A stretch of DNA of 64,000 nucleotides from an uncultured Ectothiorhodospiraceae bacterium (GTDB lineage Bacteria > Pseudomonadota > Gammaproteobacteria > Nitrococcales > Nitrococcaceae). The position numbers and the translations under genes were made by a program. Under the pieces are notes generated by a model that was not told the origin of the DNA, made no database searches, and worked only from the letters and a program-made list of their open reading frames with translations. Below are positions 1-9,695 of the stretch, one piece after another. The stretch's first letter is position 1. Each line of letters begins with the position of its first letter. The stretch lies in contig CAJXNJ010000004.1 in NCBI GenBank assembly GCA_913057145.1, forward strand, positions 4,409 to 68,408, read 5' to 3'.

Positions 1-1186
1 GCAGTTCAGCGATGGGCACATAGGCCACTTCTTCCAGACTTGAGAAGCCCTCTTCAACGAGCAGTGCGGCCATATCCTCTTCGACGTTCAGCTCGCGCAT
101 GAACATCTCAACCAGTTCCACCGCTTCGGCTTCGCTCTTCGCCTCGGCCTCCTCGGCGGTCATTACGTTGAGCTCCCAGCCGGTCAACTCGCTGGCAAGG
201 CGCACGTTCTGGCCGCCTCGGCCAATTGCCTGGGAGAGCTGATCCTCAGCCACGGCGATATCCATGCTGTGACGGTCCTCGTCCACCACGATGGACTCCA
301 CTTCGGCAGGCGCCATGGCATTAATCACGAACTGCGCGGGATTGTCATTCCAGAGAATGATATCGATGCGCTCGCCCGAGAGCTCATTGGAGACCGCCTG
401 GACACGCGACCCGCGCATGCCGACACAGGCGCCGACAGGATCGATGCGGCTGTCGAGTGCATTCACGGCAATTTTCGCGCGCATGCCCGGATCCCGTGCG
501 GCACCCAGGATATCGAGCAGCTCCTGGCCGACTTCCGGGACCTCCAGCTTGAAAAGCTCGACGAGAAATTCCGGGGCCGAGCGGCTGGCAAAAAGCTGCG
601 GGCCACGGGTCTCCTCGCGCACCTCGCGCAACCATGCCCGCAGACGATCGCCCAGTCGCACGGCCTCACGCGGAATCATTTCCTCGCGCGGGATGAAAGC
701 CTCGGCGTTGCCGCCAAGATCCAGATAGACATTGCCACGCTCGGCGCGTTTGACGATGCCGGTGACCAATTCACCGACCCGGTCACGATAGGCCTCAACA
801 ACCTGAGCCCGCTCTGCCTCGCGCACCTTCTGCACGATGACCTGCTTGGCGGCCTGGGCGGCGATACGACCGAATTCCACGGACTCCATGGGCTCTTCGA
901 TAAAATCACCGACATTCAGCGCCGGGTCCTGTTGTCTGGCCTCATCCAGTGGGATCTGTTGATCCGGCAGTTCGATTTCGGCGTCGTTATCGACAACCTC
1001 CCAGCGCCGGAATGTCTCGTAATCACCCGTGTTGCGATCGACCGCCACGCGTGCGGCAATCTCGCCTTCGTGCTTTTTCTGAGTCGCCGACGCCAGAGCG
1101 GCCTCAAGGGCTTCGAAAATCACTTCCTGCTCAACGCCTTTTTCATTGGCGATCGCATCGACAACCAGCAGAATTTCCTTACTCAT
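1..1186 (-). CDS. nusA: Transcription termination/antitermination factor NusA (3' end runs off window)
   Basis: Minus frame from ATG 1186 reads [35 protein letters not shown]..., with the S1/KH motifs [19 protein letters not shown] and [18 protein letters not shown]; lies downstream of rimP. Confidence 0.97.
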   Translation of the reverse strand, partial: MSKEILLVVDAIANEKGVEQEVIFEALEAALASATQKKHEGEIAARVAVDRNTGDYETFRRWEVVDNDAEIELPDQQIPLDEARQQDPALNVGDFIEEPMESVEFGRIAAQAAKQVIVQKVREAERAQVVEAYRDRVGELVTGIVKRAERGNVYLDLGGNAEAFIPREEMIPREAVRLGDRLRAWLREVREETRGPQLFASRSAPEFLVELFKLEVPEVGQELLDILGAARDPGMRAKIAVNALDSRIDPVGACVGMRGSRVQAVSNELSGERIDIILWNDNPAQFVINAMAPAEVESIVVDEDRHSMDIAVAEDQLSQAIGRGGQNVRLASELTGWELNVMTAEEAEAKSEAEAVELVEMFMRELNVEEDMAALLVEEGFSSLEEVAYVPIAEL

Positions 1187-1223
1187 CGTCTACCATTCTC
1201 CTAATGGGGTTGCACCCCGAGCC

Positions 1224-1676
1224 TCAGGGCTCAAGCTCCACATGCGCACGATCCACTTCGAGCAAGGGCACACGGACCTGCTCACCCTCTTCGTCAATCA
1301 GTACCTCACCATCCTCGAGCCCCAAAAGGGTCCCGCGATGCTTGCGCCGTCCGTTGAAAAGACCACGCAGTCGAATCCGAATCTGTTCACCGGCAAAGCG
1401 GGTGTAATCGGCGGGCTTGAACAGAGGCCGATCCAGCCCCGGCGAGGAGACCTCGAGCATGTACTCACCGGTAATCGGCTCTTCCACATCCAGCACCCCA
1501 CTGACCTGATGACTGACGCGGGCGCAGTCATCCACATCCACGCCATCGGGCTGATCAATATAGATGCGCAGCAACGCCTGCCCACTCGCCGGATGATATT
1601 CAATACCGACAAGCTCATATCCGAGGCCCTCGACCACCGGCTCTAATAACGTTGTCACACGCTCAGGTGCTTTCAT
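1224..1676 (-). CDS. rimP: Ribosome maturation factor RimP
   Basis: LRIYID..GVDVDDCARVS and YMLEVSSPGLDRPL motifs; alternative GTG start at 1685. Confidence 0.96.
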   Translation of the reverse strand: MKAPERVTTLLEPVVEGLGYELVGIEYHPASGQALLRIYIDQPDGVDVDDCARVSHQVSGVLDVEEPITGEYMLEVSSPGLDRPLFKPADYTRFAGEQIRIRLRGLFNGRRKHRGTLLGLEDGEVLIDEEGEQVRVPLLEVDRAHVELEP

Positions 1677-1702
1677 GCTGTCCACACCGGGCTTTACCCG
1701 AA

Positions 1703-1727
1703 CAAAAAATGGGCCCAGGGCCCATTT
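1703..1727 (-). promoter_or_regulatory. rimP leader terminator/attenuator hairpin
   Basis: Minus strand AAATGGGCCCTGGGCCCATTTTTTG: GGGC..GCCC stem plus U-tract just before rimP, like the gammaproteobacterial rimP leader. Confidence 0.75.
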
Positions 1728-1755
1728 CCGTCACCGGCCGCATTAATGCGCCGGC

Positions 1756-1780
1756 AAAAAAAAAGGCCGCAAGCGGCCTT
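1756..1780 (-). terminator. Intrinsic terminator after tRNA-fMet
   Basis: Minus strand AAGGCCGC-TT-GCGGCCTT followed by a T9 run. Confidence 0.85.
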
Positions 1781-1795
1781 CCCGAAATGCCTATT

Positions 1796-1872
<77 letters not shown>

Positions 1873-1885
1873 ACCGACATTCACT

Positions 1886-1914
1886 AGGATAGGGGTGGAA
1901 GGCTTTTTTTTCAA
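1886..1914 (-). promoter_or_regulatory. Putative sigma70 promoter for tRNA-fMet-rimP-nusA
   Basis: TTGAAA (1914-1909), 17 bp, TATCCT (1891-1886). Confidence 0.65.
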
Positions 1915-1918
1915 GGGC

Positions 1919-2245
1919 TCAGCGACGATGACGCTTGAGCAGACGACGCCGCAAATCATGACGGTAGACAAACCCGGGCAGCGCGAAGACAGCAAACAAT
2001 GACAGGGCGATCACCCAGAACTCCCAGCCCTGCGCCATGAGCTCTCCCTGGGTGCGGTATTCAAGCCCGGCGCCAATCAATCCAACCAGCCCGAACAGCA
2101 CCAACCACTCCAGTAATCGCACCCATTCGGATTTTTTTCCGCTCCGCGGCTTATGAACAAACGCGATTCTCTCGCTGGTCCACGGCAGATTCGCCGCGAG
2201 CACGGCAATCAGTAACATCAGGGCAATGGCAAGGCCTGTGGTCAT
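1919..2245 (-). CDS. Small membrane protein, DUF2818-like
   Basis: AANLPW..ER, RLLEWLVL, LE..QG..QGWEFW..LFAVFALPGFVYR pattern; ~3 TM segments; starts 5 bp after nuoN. Confidence 0.8.
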   Translation of the reverse strand: MTTGLAIALMLLIAVLAANLPWTSERIAFVHKPRSGKKSEWVRLLEWLVLFGLVGLIGAGLEYRTQGELMAQGWEFWVIALSLFAVFALPGFVYRHDLRRRLLKRHRR

Positions 2246-2250
2246 CGACC

Positions 2251-3693
2251 CTAGAGACCAAAGGCAGCGCGGCAGAGTGCGATGAGCGTATCGGGGAAGA
2301 GCCCCAAGAGCAGAATCAACGCACCATTGGCAGCAACCACGACCCGCGGGCCACGACTGCTGACAAGCGGTTGCGGATTTTCAACGCGCTCGAAATAAAC
2401 CGCTTTCAACACACGCAGGTAGTAGAACGCGCCGATAACGGCAAACAGCACAGCGAGCACCGCAAGCCAGACCAGACCGGCTTCGACCAGCGCCTGCAAC
2501 ACGAGCCATTTGGCGTAAAAACCGACCGTACCGGGGATGCCGGTCATGGAGAACATCAGCAGCAGCATGACCAGAGCATACCCGCTGTGCCGATCGTTTA
2601 GCCCATTCAGATCTTCAATCTGCTCGGCCTCAAAGCCCTTGTGCGAGAGCAGGATAATCATGCCAAACGCGCCGGCCGCCATGATGCCGTAGCTGATCGC
2701 ATAGAAGAGCGCCGCCGAGTAGCCTTCCTCACTGCCGGCCACCAGACCAAGGAACAGAAAACCAATATGCGAGACCGTTGAGTAGGCCAGCATGCGCTTG
2801 AAGTTGGTCTGCACCAGCGCGAAAAGATTACCGGCAGCCAGGGAACCGACCGCAAGAATGATCGCCATGACCTGCCACTGTGCCTGAAGATCACCCAGCC
2901 CCTCGGCCAGCAGTCTCAGAAAGAGCGCGAGCGCTGCAATCTTAGGCGCACTCCCCAGAAAAGCGGTTACGGCTGTCGGTGCACCCTGATACACATCCGG
3001 CACCCACATATGGAATGGCGCAGCACCGAATTTGAACGCCACACCAACCAGCGCAAATGTCATACCAAAAGCCAGCAGCAGCGCGTTTTCGCCGCCCGAT
3101 GCTGCCAGCATGATCTCACCGATGAGCAGGCTGCCGGTCGCCCCGTAAATCATGGACATGCCGTAGAGCAGCATGCCGGAGGCAAGCGCACCGAGGATGA
3201 AGTACTTCATCGCTGCTTCAGAGCCAACCCGGTTGTCACGATCCAGGGCGACCATGGCGTAAAGGCTCAACGAAAGCAGCTCAAGGCCGATATAGAGGAC
3301 AAGCAGGCTGCTCGCCGAGGCCATGACGAACATCCCGAGTGTTGCAATCAGCGCGAGCAGATAGAACTCGCCCTTGAGCAGCCCCCGATCGCGCAGATAA
3401 TCCCGACTGTATGCCAGTGTAAGCGCAGCCAATGCCGCCGATGCGGCCTTCAACAGCGCCGCGAGCGAATCGCTGACCACCATGCCGTTGAATGTTGTCT
3501 GCCCGCTGTCACCCCAGTGCGTGTAGAAGGCCAGCCAGACACCCGCCAGCAGACTCAGTTGAGTGAGCCAGAAGGCAAACCGCGCCTCACCGCTGCGGTC
3601 AAACAGATCGGCCACCAGGACGACACAGACCATCACCCCGAGCCAGATCTCCGGGGCAGCCAGTGCAAATTGAGGCATCTCGAAATTCATCAT
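2251..3693 (-). CDS. nuoN: NADH:quinone oxidoreductase subunit N
   Basis: EAAMKYFILGA and FKFGAAPFHMWVPDVYQGAP; last nuo gene. Confidence 0.97.
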   Translation of the reverse strand: MMNFEMPQFALAAPEIWLGVMVCVVLVADLFDRSGEARFAFWLTQLSLLAGVWLAFYTHWGDSGQTTFNGMVVSDSLAALLKAASAALAALTLAYSRDYLRDRGLLKGEFYLLALIATLGMFVMASASSLLVLYIGLELLSLSLYAMVALDRDNRVGSEAAMKYFILGALASGMLLYGMSMIYGATGSLLIGEIMLAASGGENALLLAFGMTFALVGVAFKFGAAPFHMWVPDVYQGAPTAVTAFLGSAPKIAALALFLRLLAEGLGDLQAQWQVMAIILAVGSLAAGNLFALVQTNFKRMLAYSTVSHIGFLFLGLVAGSEEGYSAALFYAISYGIMAAGAFGMIILLSHKGFEAEQIEDLNGLNDRHSGYALVMLLLMFSMTGIPGTVGFYAKWLVLQALVEAGLVWLAVLAVLFAVIGAFYYLRVLKAVYFERVENPQPLVSSRGPRVVVAANGALILLLGLFPDTLIALCRAAFGL

Positions 3694-3709
3694 CGTCCCT
3701 GTATCCGTT

Positions 3710-5221
3710 CTAGAGAATCGGCACCACAAGCCGGAAGAGCGCATCAAGCGACGGCGTCATGACATCAATCAGTGGCGCCGGATACACACCGAAGAAAATC
3801 ACCACCACGGCGAGCGTCCCGAGCAGCAGGCGCTCTCGCGCCGTGATGTCGGTCAGTGCCTCGACCTGCTCATTGCGCACTTCGCCATAGACCACCCGTT
3901 TGATCATCCACAGACTGTAGGCTGCACCCAGAATCAATGTCAGGGCGGCAATCGCGGCATACCAGAAACCGGCCTGGAAGCTCGCCAGAATGACCATGAA
4001 CTCGCCAACGAACCCGGAGGTACCGGGCAGGCCGGCATTCGCCATCGCGAACAGGACAAAAAACGCCGCGAAAACCGGCATGCGGTTGGCGACACCGCCG
4101 TAGTCGGCAATACGTCGTGTGTGCATGCGATCGTAGAGCACACCGACACAGAGGAACATGGCCGCGGAGACGAAGCCATGGGAGATCATCTGCACCATGC
4201 CGCCCTCAAGCGCCAGCAACGCACCGTCGCGGCTGCCGCTGCCACCGAGGATCCGGAAGATCAGGAAGAACCCGAGCGTCACAAAACCCATATGGGCAAT
4301 GGATGAATAGGCAATGAGTTTCTTTAAATCTTCCTGGACCATCGCCACCAGGCCGATGTAGACGACAGCGATCAGCGACAACCCGATCAAAAGCCAATCA
4401 AGCGCCATGCTCGCCTCAGGCGTAATCGGCAGACTGAAGCGCAGAAAACCATAACCACCGATTTTCAGCGTGATGGCCGCAAGGATGACCGAACCGCCAG
4501 TGGGCGCCTCAACATGCGCATCCGGCAGCCAGGTATGCACCGGAAACATTGGCACCTTGACCGCAAACGCCGCCAGAAACGCCAGGAACAGCAGCGTCTG
4601 CGTAGCCAGCGGCAGCTGCAGGCCGTAGAAGTCCTGAATGGCAAAACTGCCTGCCTCGGTGCGCAGATAAATCAGCGCAATCAGCATCATGACCGAGCCA
4701 AGGAAGGTATAAAGAAAGAACTTCAGCGTTGCATAAATGCGATTGGGGCCACCCCAGATACCGATGATCAAGAACATCGGTATCAGCATCGCCTCAAAGA
4801 AAACATAGAACAGAATGGCGTCCAGGGCGCTGAACACCCCGATCATGATGCCTTCCATAATTAAAAAGGCAGCCAGATACTGCGCTGGCTTGTAACGCAC
4901 GACCTCCCAGGCCGCGCCCACCACCAGCACAGTGGCGAACGCCGTGAGCACGATCAGCGGCATGGAGATGCCATCGACACCCAGGTAGTAATCAATGCCG
5001 AAAGCCTCAATCCAGGTGACGCGCTCGACAAACTGCATGCTTGCCGTGCCACGCTCGAAACCAAACCAAAGCCCGAGCGAAGCCACCATCACCGCGGCGG
5101 CAACCGCAAGCGCCAGCCAGCGTGCCCGGTCTGCATCCTCACGACCCACGGCCAGAATGCCCACTCCCCCGGCAATTGGCAGCCAGATCAAAAGGCTTAA
5201 CAAGGGCAAACCATGCAACAT
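3710..5221 (-). CDS. nuoM: NADH:quinone oxidoreductase subunit M
   Basis: FAVKVPMFPVHTWLPDAHVEAPT and KKLIAYSSIAHMG. Confidence 0.97.
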   Translation of the reverse strand: MLHGLPLLSLLIWLPIAGGVGILAVGREDADRARWLALAVAAAVMVASLGLWFGFERGTASMQFVERVTWIEAFGIDYYLGVDGISMPLIVLTAFATVLVVGAAWEVVRYKPAQYLAAFLIMEGIMIGVFSALDAILFYVFFEAMLIPMFLIIGIWGGPNRIYATLKFFLYTFLGSVMMLIALIYLRTEAGSFAIQDFYGLQLPLATQTLLFLAFLAAFAVKVPMFPVHTWLPDAHVEAPTGGSVILAAITLKIGGYGFLRFSLPITPEASMALDWLLIGLSLIAVVYIGLVAMVQEDLKKLIAYSSIAHMGFVTLGFFLIFRILGGSGSRDGALLALEGGMVQMISHGFVSAAMFLCVGVLYDRMHTRRIADYGGVANRMPVFAAFFVLFAMANAGLPGTSGFVGEFMVILASFQAGFWYAAIAALTLILGAAYSLWMIKRVVYGEVRNEQVEALTDITARERLLLGTLAVVVIFFGVYPAPLIDVMTPSLDALFRLVVPIL

Positions 5222-5223
5222 GC

Positions 5224-7200
5224 TCAGAACCATCCCCGCGAGCTACCCACAAAGATCGTCAGCAGCACGAGCAGGCCCACGATCATTGCAAAGGCATAGT
5301 GATACAGATATCCGGACTGCAATCCGCGCAGTACCGAAGCGATACGGCCAACCGTCCTGGCAGTGCCGTTAACCACCAGCCCGTCAATAAAGCTTTGATC
5401 CCCCCCGCGCCAGAGCACCGAGCCAAGCCAGCGGCCACCACCGGCAAACCCCTTGCTGTAGACCTCGTCAAACCCGTACTTCTGCTCGAGTACGCGAATG
5501 ACCGGTGCGAACCGTTGATTGATGGCGGGCAACAGTCCCGGATTGCGCAGATACAGATACCAGGCCGTTACCGCCCCGGCGACAGCCAGCCAGAAAGCCG
5601 GATTGACCGCGGCATGAAGTCCGAAGGCGAATGGCCCATGGAAGCTCTCGGCCTTGATGGCAAGCACGTCGTTGGCCGGCAGCACCTGAATGGCGTTGCC
5701 AAAGAATCCGCCAAAGACCATGGCGTCGATGGTGAGATAGCCGATGACAACGGACGGCACGGCAAGTGCAATAAGCGGCCACTCCATAACCGGTAGCACA
5801 TAGCGCGGCAGATGCGAGATATGCGCCTTGGCATGCGGGTCAATGCGCTCTTCGCCCCAGAAGACCAGGAAGTAGAGCCGGAAACTGTAAAGCGCGGTAA
5901 TGAACACACCGAGCAGCACGGCGATATAAGCAAAGCCGGCACCGAATCGATCGGATAGCGCAACCGCCTCGATAATGACGTCCTTGGAGTAATAACCGGA
6001 GAAAAACGGTGTTCCCACCAGCGCCAGCGTACCGAGCAGCATGGTGACATGGGTGATCGGCAGATACCGGCGCAGATTGCCCATCCGGCGCATATCCTGC
6101 TCATGGTGCAGGGCCACGATAACGGCACCGGCACCCAGGAAGAGCAGCGCCTTGAAAAACGCATGAGTCATCACATGGAAGACGGCCGCGGCGTACGCCG
6201 ATGCCCCAAGGGCGACGAACATGTAACCAAGCTGTGAGAGTGTCGAGTAGGCAATCACCCGCTTGATGTCGTTCTGAACCAGGCCGACCAGCCCCATGAA
6301 AAGCGCGGTAATCGCACCGAGGATCAACACCACCGAGAGCGCGGCATCGGAGAGCTCGAACAGCGGTGACATGCGCGCCACCAGAAAAATGCCGGCAGTC
6401 ACCATGGTCGCGGCGTGAATGAGCGCCGAGATGGGGGTGGGGCCTTCCATCGAATCCGGCAGCCAGACATGCAGGGGCACCTGCGCCGATTTACCCATGG
6501 CACCGATGAAAAGCAGGATCGCCGCGACGGTCGCCACAAGGGCTTCCGTACCAAAGAGCTGCATGGTCATCGCCGGTGCGGCGTCGGCGGCTGCGAATAC
6601 CTCTGCGTAATCAAGGCTGCCGTAGTACATCAGTACCGCGGCGATACCCAGCAGGAAACCGAAATCACCAACCCGGTTGACCAGGAAGGCCTTGAGATTG
6701 GCGAATATGGCCGTTTCCTTGCGGTACCAGAAACCAATGAGCAGGTAGGAAACCAGTCCGACCGCTTCCCAGCCAAAGAACAGCTGGAGGAAATTGTTGG
6801 CCATGACCAGCATCAGCATGGAGAAGGTGAACAGATTGATATAGCTGAAAAAACGCTGGTAGCCGGCATCATCATGCATGTAGCCGATGGTGTAGACATG
6901 CACCGCCAACGAGACACTGGTCACCACCACCATCATGAGCGCAGTCAGCCGGTCAACCAGAAAACCGACCTCGAGGTTGATACCCCCGGCAACCGCCCAC
7001 TGATAAATGGTCTCATTGAACACCGGCGCTCCACCCCAGACATGCTGATAGAGCACCCAGAGCGAAAGCGCTGCTGAAAGGCCGACGGCCGCCACGGTCA
7101 CTCGATGGGCATTGGCGCGGCCAATGCGACTGCCGGCGAGACCGGCAACGGCAGCGCCAAACAGCGGGGCAAGTACGATGAGCAGGTAAATCGTCTTCAT
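5224..7200 (-). CDS. nuoL: NADH:quinone oxidoreductase subunit L
   Basis: GKSAQVPLHVWLPDSMEGPTPISALIHAATMV and THAFFKALLFL. Confidence 0.97.
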   Translation of the reverse strand: MKTIYLLIVLAPLFGAAVAGLAGSRIGRANAHRVTVAAVGLSAALSLWVLYQHVWGGAPVFNETIYQWAVAGGINLEVGFLVDRLTALMMVVVTSVSLAVHVYTIGYMHDDAGYQRFFSYINLFTFSMLMLVMANNFLQLFFGWEAVGLVSYLLIGFWYRKETAIFANLKAFLVNRVGDFGFLLGIAAVLMYYGSLDYAEVFAAADAAPAMTMQLFGTEALVATVAAILLFIGAMGKSAQVPLHVWLPDSMEGPTPISALIHAATMVTAGIFLVARMSPLFELSDAALSVVLILGAITALFMGLVGLVQNDIKRVIAYSTLSQLGYMFVALGASAYAAAVFHVMTHAFFKALLFLGAGAVIVALHHEQDMRRMGNLRRYLPITHVTMLLGTLALVGTPFFSGYYSKDVIIEAVALSDRFGAGFAYIAVLLGVFITALYSFRLYFLVFWGEERIDPHAKAHISHLPRYVLPVMEWPLIALAVPSVVIGYLTIDAMVFGGFFGNAIQVLPANDVLAIKAESFHGPFAFGLHAAVNPAFWLAVAGAVTAWYLYLRNPGLLPAINQRFAPVIRVLEQKYGFDEVYSKGFAGGGRWLGSVLWRGGDQSFIDGLVVNGTARTVGRIASVLRGLQSGYLYHYAFAMIVGLLVLLTIFVGSSRGWF

Positions 7201-7203
7201 GGC

Positions 7204-7509
7204 CTACCCCTTCATCATGTCCAGATCGCCGACATTGATGGTGCGGCGATTGCGGAAAAGCACGACGAGAATGGCAAGGCCGATGGCCGATTCAGCAGCA
7301 GCCACGGTGAGGATGAAGAACACAAACACCTGACCGTGGATATCACCGAGGAAATGCGAGAAGGCGATGAAGTTGAAGTTCACCGCCAGCAGAATGAGCT
7401 CGATGGACATCAGCAGAACAATCGCATTCTTGCGATTGAGAAATATTCCCGCCATGCCGATTGAGAACAGCAGCGCGCTTAATATCAGATAATCGGAGAG
7501 CGCTAACAT
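7204..7509 (-). CDS. nuoK: NADH:quinone oxidoreductase subunit K
   Basis: [12 protein letters not shown] and [12 protein letters not shown]. Confidence 0.97.
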   Translation of the reverse strand: MLALSDYLILSALLFSIGMAGIFLNRKNAIVLLMSIELILLAVNFNFIAFSHFLGDIHGQVFVFFILTVAAAESAIGLAILVVLFRNRRTINVGDLDMMKG

Positions 7510-7526
7510 GAATGCCCCGGTTTTAT

Positions 7527-8144
7527 TTATGAATCGTTATTACGTTCGCTCGGCATGCGCACCATGCGCAGGCGATCTTCCTTGCGCGTGCGGACCTGTG
7601 CCGAGATATCCTGATGCTTGGTCCCGCCGCGGCGACGATGCGTGAGCATGATCGCAGCAATCATCGCGAGCAGCAGAACAATGGCGGCCAGCTCAAACGG
7701 ATACACATACACCGTGTAGAGCACACTGCCGAGCATTCGGATGTTGTTTCCGCCGTCCTCGCCGAGACTGCCGGCCGCCTCTCCGGCAAACCCTGGCAGG
7801 TCCACCTGGCTTGCCCCAATGACCAGCAGCATCTCAAGCAGCATGACCACGCCGACAAGCGCCCCGAGCGGCAGGTATCGCGCAAACCCCTCACGCAGCA
7901 CCGCCACATTGATATCGAGCATCATGACGACGAACAAAAAGAGCACCATCACGGCACCCACGTACACCAGAACCAGTGCGATACCGAGAAACTCCGCTTC
8001 AACCAGCAGCCAGAGAGCGGCACTGGTAAAAAAGGCGAGCACCAGCGACAGCGCGGAGTGAACGGGGTTACGCGCCGTAATCACCAACGTCGCTGCGAGC
8101 AGCAGGATCGCGGCGAATACATAAAAAATGACTTTCTCGATCAC
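7527..8144 (-). CDS. nuoJ: NADH:quinone oxidoreductase subunit J
   Basis: [31 protein letters not shown]; GTG start. Confidence 0.96.
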   Translation of the reverse strand: MIEKVIFYVFAAILLLAATLVITARNPVHSALSLVLAFFTSAALWLLVEAEFLGIALVLVYVGAVMVLFLFVVMMLDINVAVLREGFARYLPLGALVGVVMLLEMLLVIGASQVDLPGFAGEAAGSLGEDGGNNIRMLGSVLYTVYVYPFELAAIVLLLAMIAAIMLTHRRRGGTKHQDISAQVRTRKEDRLRMVRMPSERNNDS

Positions 8145-8169
8145 AAGGTGCCCCTGATGCGCTCTTTTC

Positions 8170-8658
8170 TTAACGGTACGGTGCGTCGGCAGCCCGATCC
8201 TCGGCCAACTGCGCCTCGTACCGCTCCCCTACTGCCAGCAGATCCTGCTTGTGCATGATCTGCTCGCCCCGCTGTTCAAAATGATATTCATGAATACGGG
8301 TCTCGACGATGGAATCCACCGGACAGGATTCTTCACAAAATCCGCAATAAATACATTTAAACAGATCAATATCGTAGCGCGTTGTCCGGCGCGTGCCGTC
8401 ATCCCGCGGTTCGGATTCAATGGTTATGGCAAGCGCCGGGCAGACGGCCTCGCAGAGTTTGCAGGCAATGCAGCGCTCCTCGCCGTTGGGATAGCGACGC
8501 AGCGCGTGCAGACCACGGAATCGCGGGGACTGCGGGGCTTTTTCTTCGGGATACTCAAGCGTGTATTTGGCATCAAAGAGGTGCTTGCCGGTGAGCCGCA
8601 TCCCCTTGATGAGCTCACTGAGCATAAAGGTACCGAAGAACTCCTTGACTGATTGCAT
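8170..8658 (-). CDS. nuoI: NADH:quinone oxidoreductase subunit I
   Basis: Two CxxCxxCxxxCP motifs ([24 protein letters not shown]). Confidence 0.98.
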   Translation of the reverse strand: MQSVKEFFGTFMLSELIKGMRLTGKHLFDAKYTLEYPEEKAPQSPRFRGLHALRRYPNGEERCIACKLCEAVCPALAITIESEPRDDGTRRTTRYDIDLFKCIYCGFCEESCPVDSIVETRIHEYHFEQRGEQIMHKQDLLAVGERYEAQLAEDRAADAPYR

Positions 8659-8675
8659 GCAGGCGACCCTCTACC

Positions 8676-9695
8676 TCAGAACCACGGCCCGAATCCGGTG
8701 AGAATCATCACCGAGAGCACGATAAGCCAGACCACGGTTACCGGAATCAATACTTTCCAGCCCAATCGCATGATCTGGTCATAGCGATAGCGCGGGAATG
8801 TGGCCCGGAACCAGATGAACAAGAACAGGAAAAGACAGGTTTTAAGAACAAACCAGACAATCCCCGGCACCCACTCAAACGCCGGCCCGAGCAGCGGCAG
8901 ACCATGGAAGGGCGAATACCAGCCACCCAGAAACATAATGGCAGCCAGCCCGGAGATCAGGATCATGTTGGCATATTCGGCCAGGAAGAAGATGGCGAAT
9001 GCCATGCCGGAGTACTCGACATGGAAGCCCGCCACGATCTCCGATTCGCCCTCGGCCACATCAAATGGCAACCGGTTGGTTTCGGCAACGCCGGAGATCC
9101 AGTAGACCACGAACAGCGGCAGGAGCGGCAACCAGAACCAGTTCCAGATCGGGCCCTGCTGTGCCTGGACAATCTCGCCGAGGTTGAGACTGCCGGCTGA
9201 CATCAGTACGCCCACCAGCGCAAAACCCATGGCGATCTCATAGGAGACAACCTGAGCGCCAGCGCGCATCGCACCCAACAGGGCATATTTGGAGTTGGAT
9301 GCCCAACCGGCAAGAATAATGCCGTAGACACCCATGGAGGTCATGGCAAGGACATACAGAAGACCCGCGTTGATATCCGCGATGACCAGTCCTTCGCTAA
9401 GCGGCAGAACCGCCCAGGCCGCGAGCGCGGGCATGATCGAGAGCATCGGTGCGATCACGAACAACGCCCGGTTGGCGTTCTGCGGCAGCACCACCTCTTT
9501 CATCAGGAGCTTGAGCGCATCCGCGATGGGCTGCAGAAGACCGTGCCAACCCACACGATTGGGCCCCCGGCGCAGCTGCATGGCGCTGATGATCTTGCGC
9601 TCGGCGTAAGTCATGTAGGCCACGGCGATAAAAAGCGGTATCACCAGCGCGACAATCTTGGTCACGGTCCAGGCCAGTTCGATCATGGCATCCAT
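8676..9695 (-). CDS. nuoH: NADH:quinone oxidoreductase subunit H
   Basis: [14 protein letters not shown] and [20 protein letters not shown]. Confidence 0.97.
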   Translation of the reverse strand: MDAMIELAWTVTKIVALVIPLFIAVAYMTYAERKIISAMQLRRGPNRVGWHGLLQPIADALKLLMKEVVLPQNANRALFVIAPMLSIMPALAAWAVLPLSEGLVIADINAGLLYVLAMTSMGVYGIILAGWASNSKYALLGAMRAGAQVVSYEIAMGFALVGVLMSAGSLNLGEIVQAQQGPIWNWFWLPLLPLFVVYWISGVAETNRLPFDVAEGESEIVAGFHVEYSGMAFAIFFLAEYANMILISGLAAIMFLGGWYSPFHGLPLLGPAFEWVPGIVWFVLKTCLFLFLFIWFRATFPRYRYDQIMRLGWKVLIPVTVVWLIVLSVMILTGFGPWF

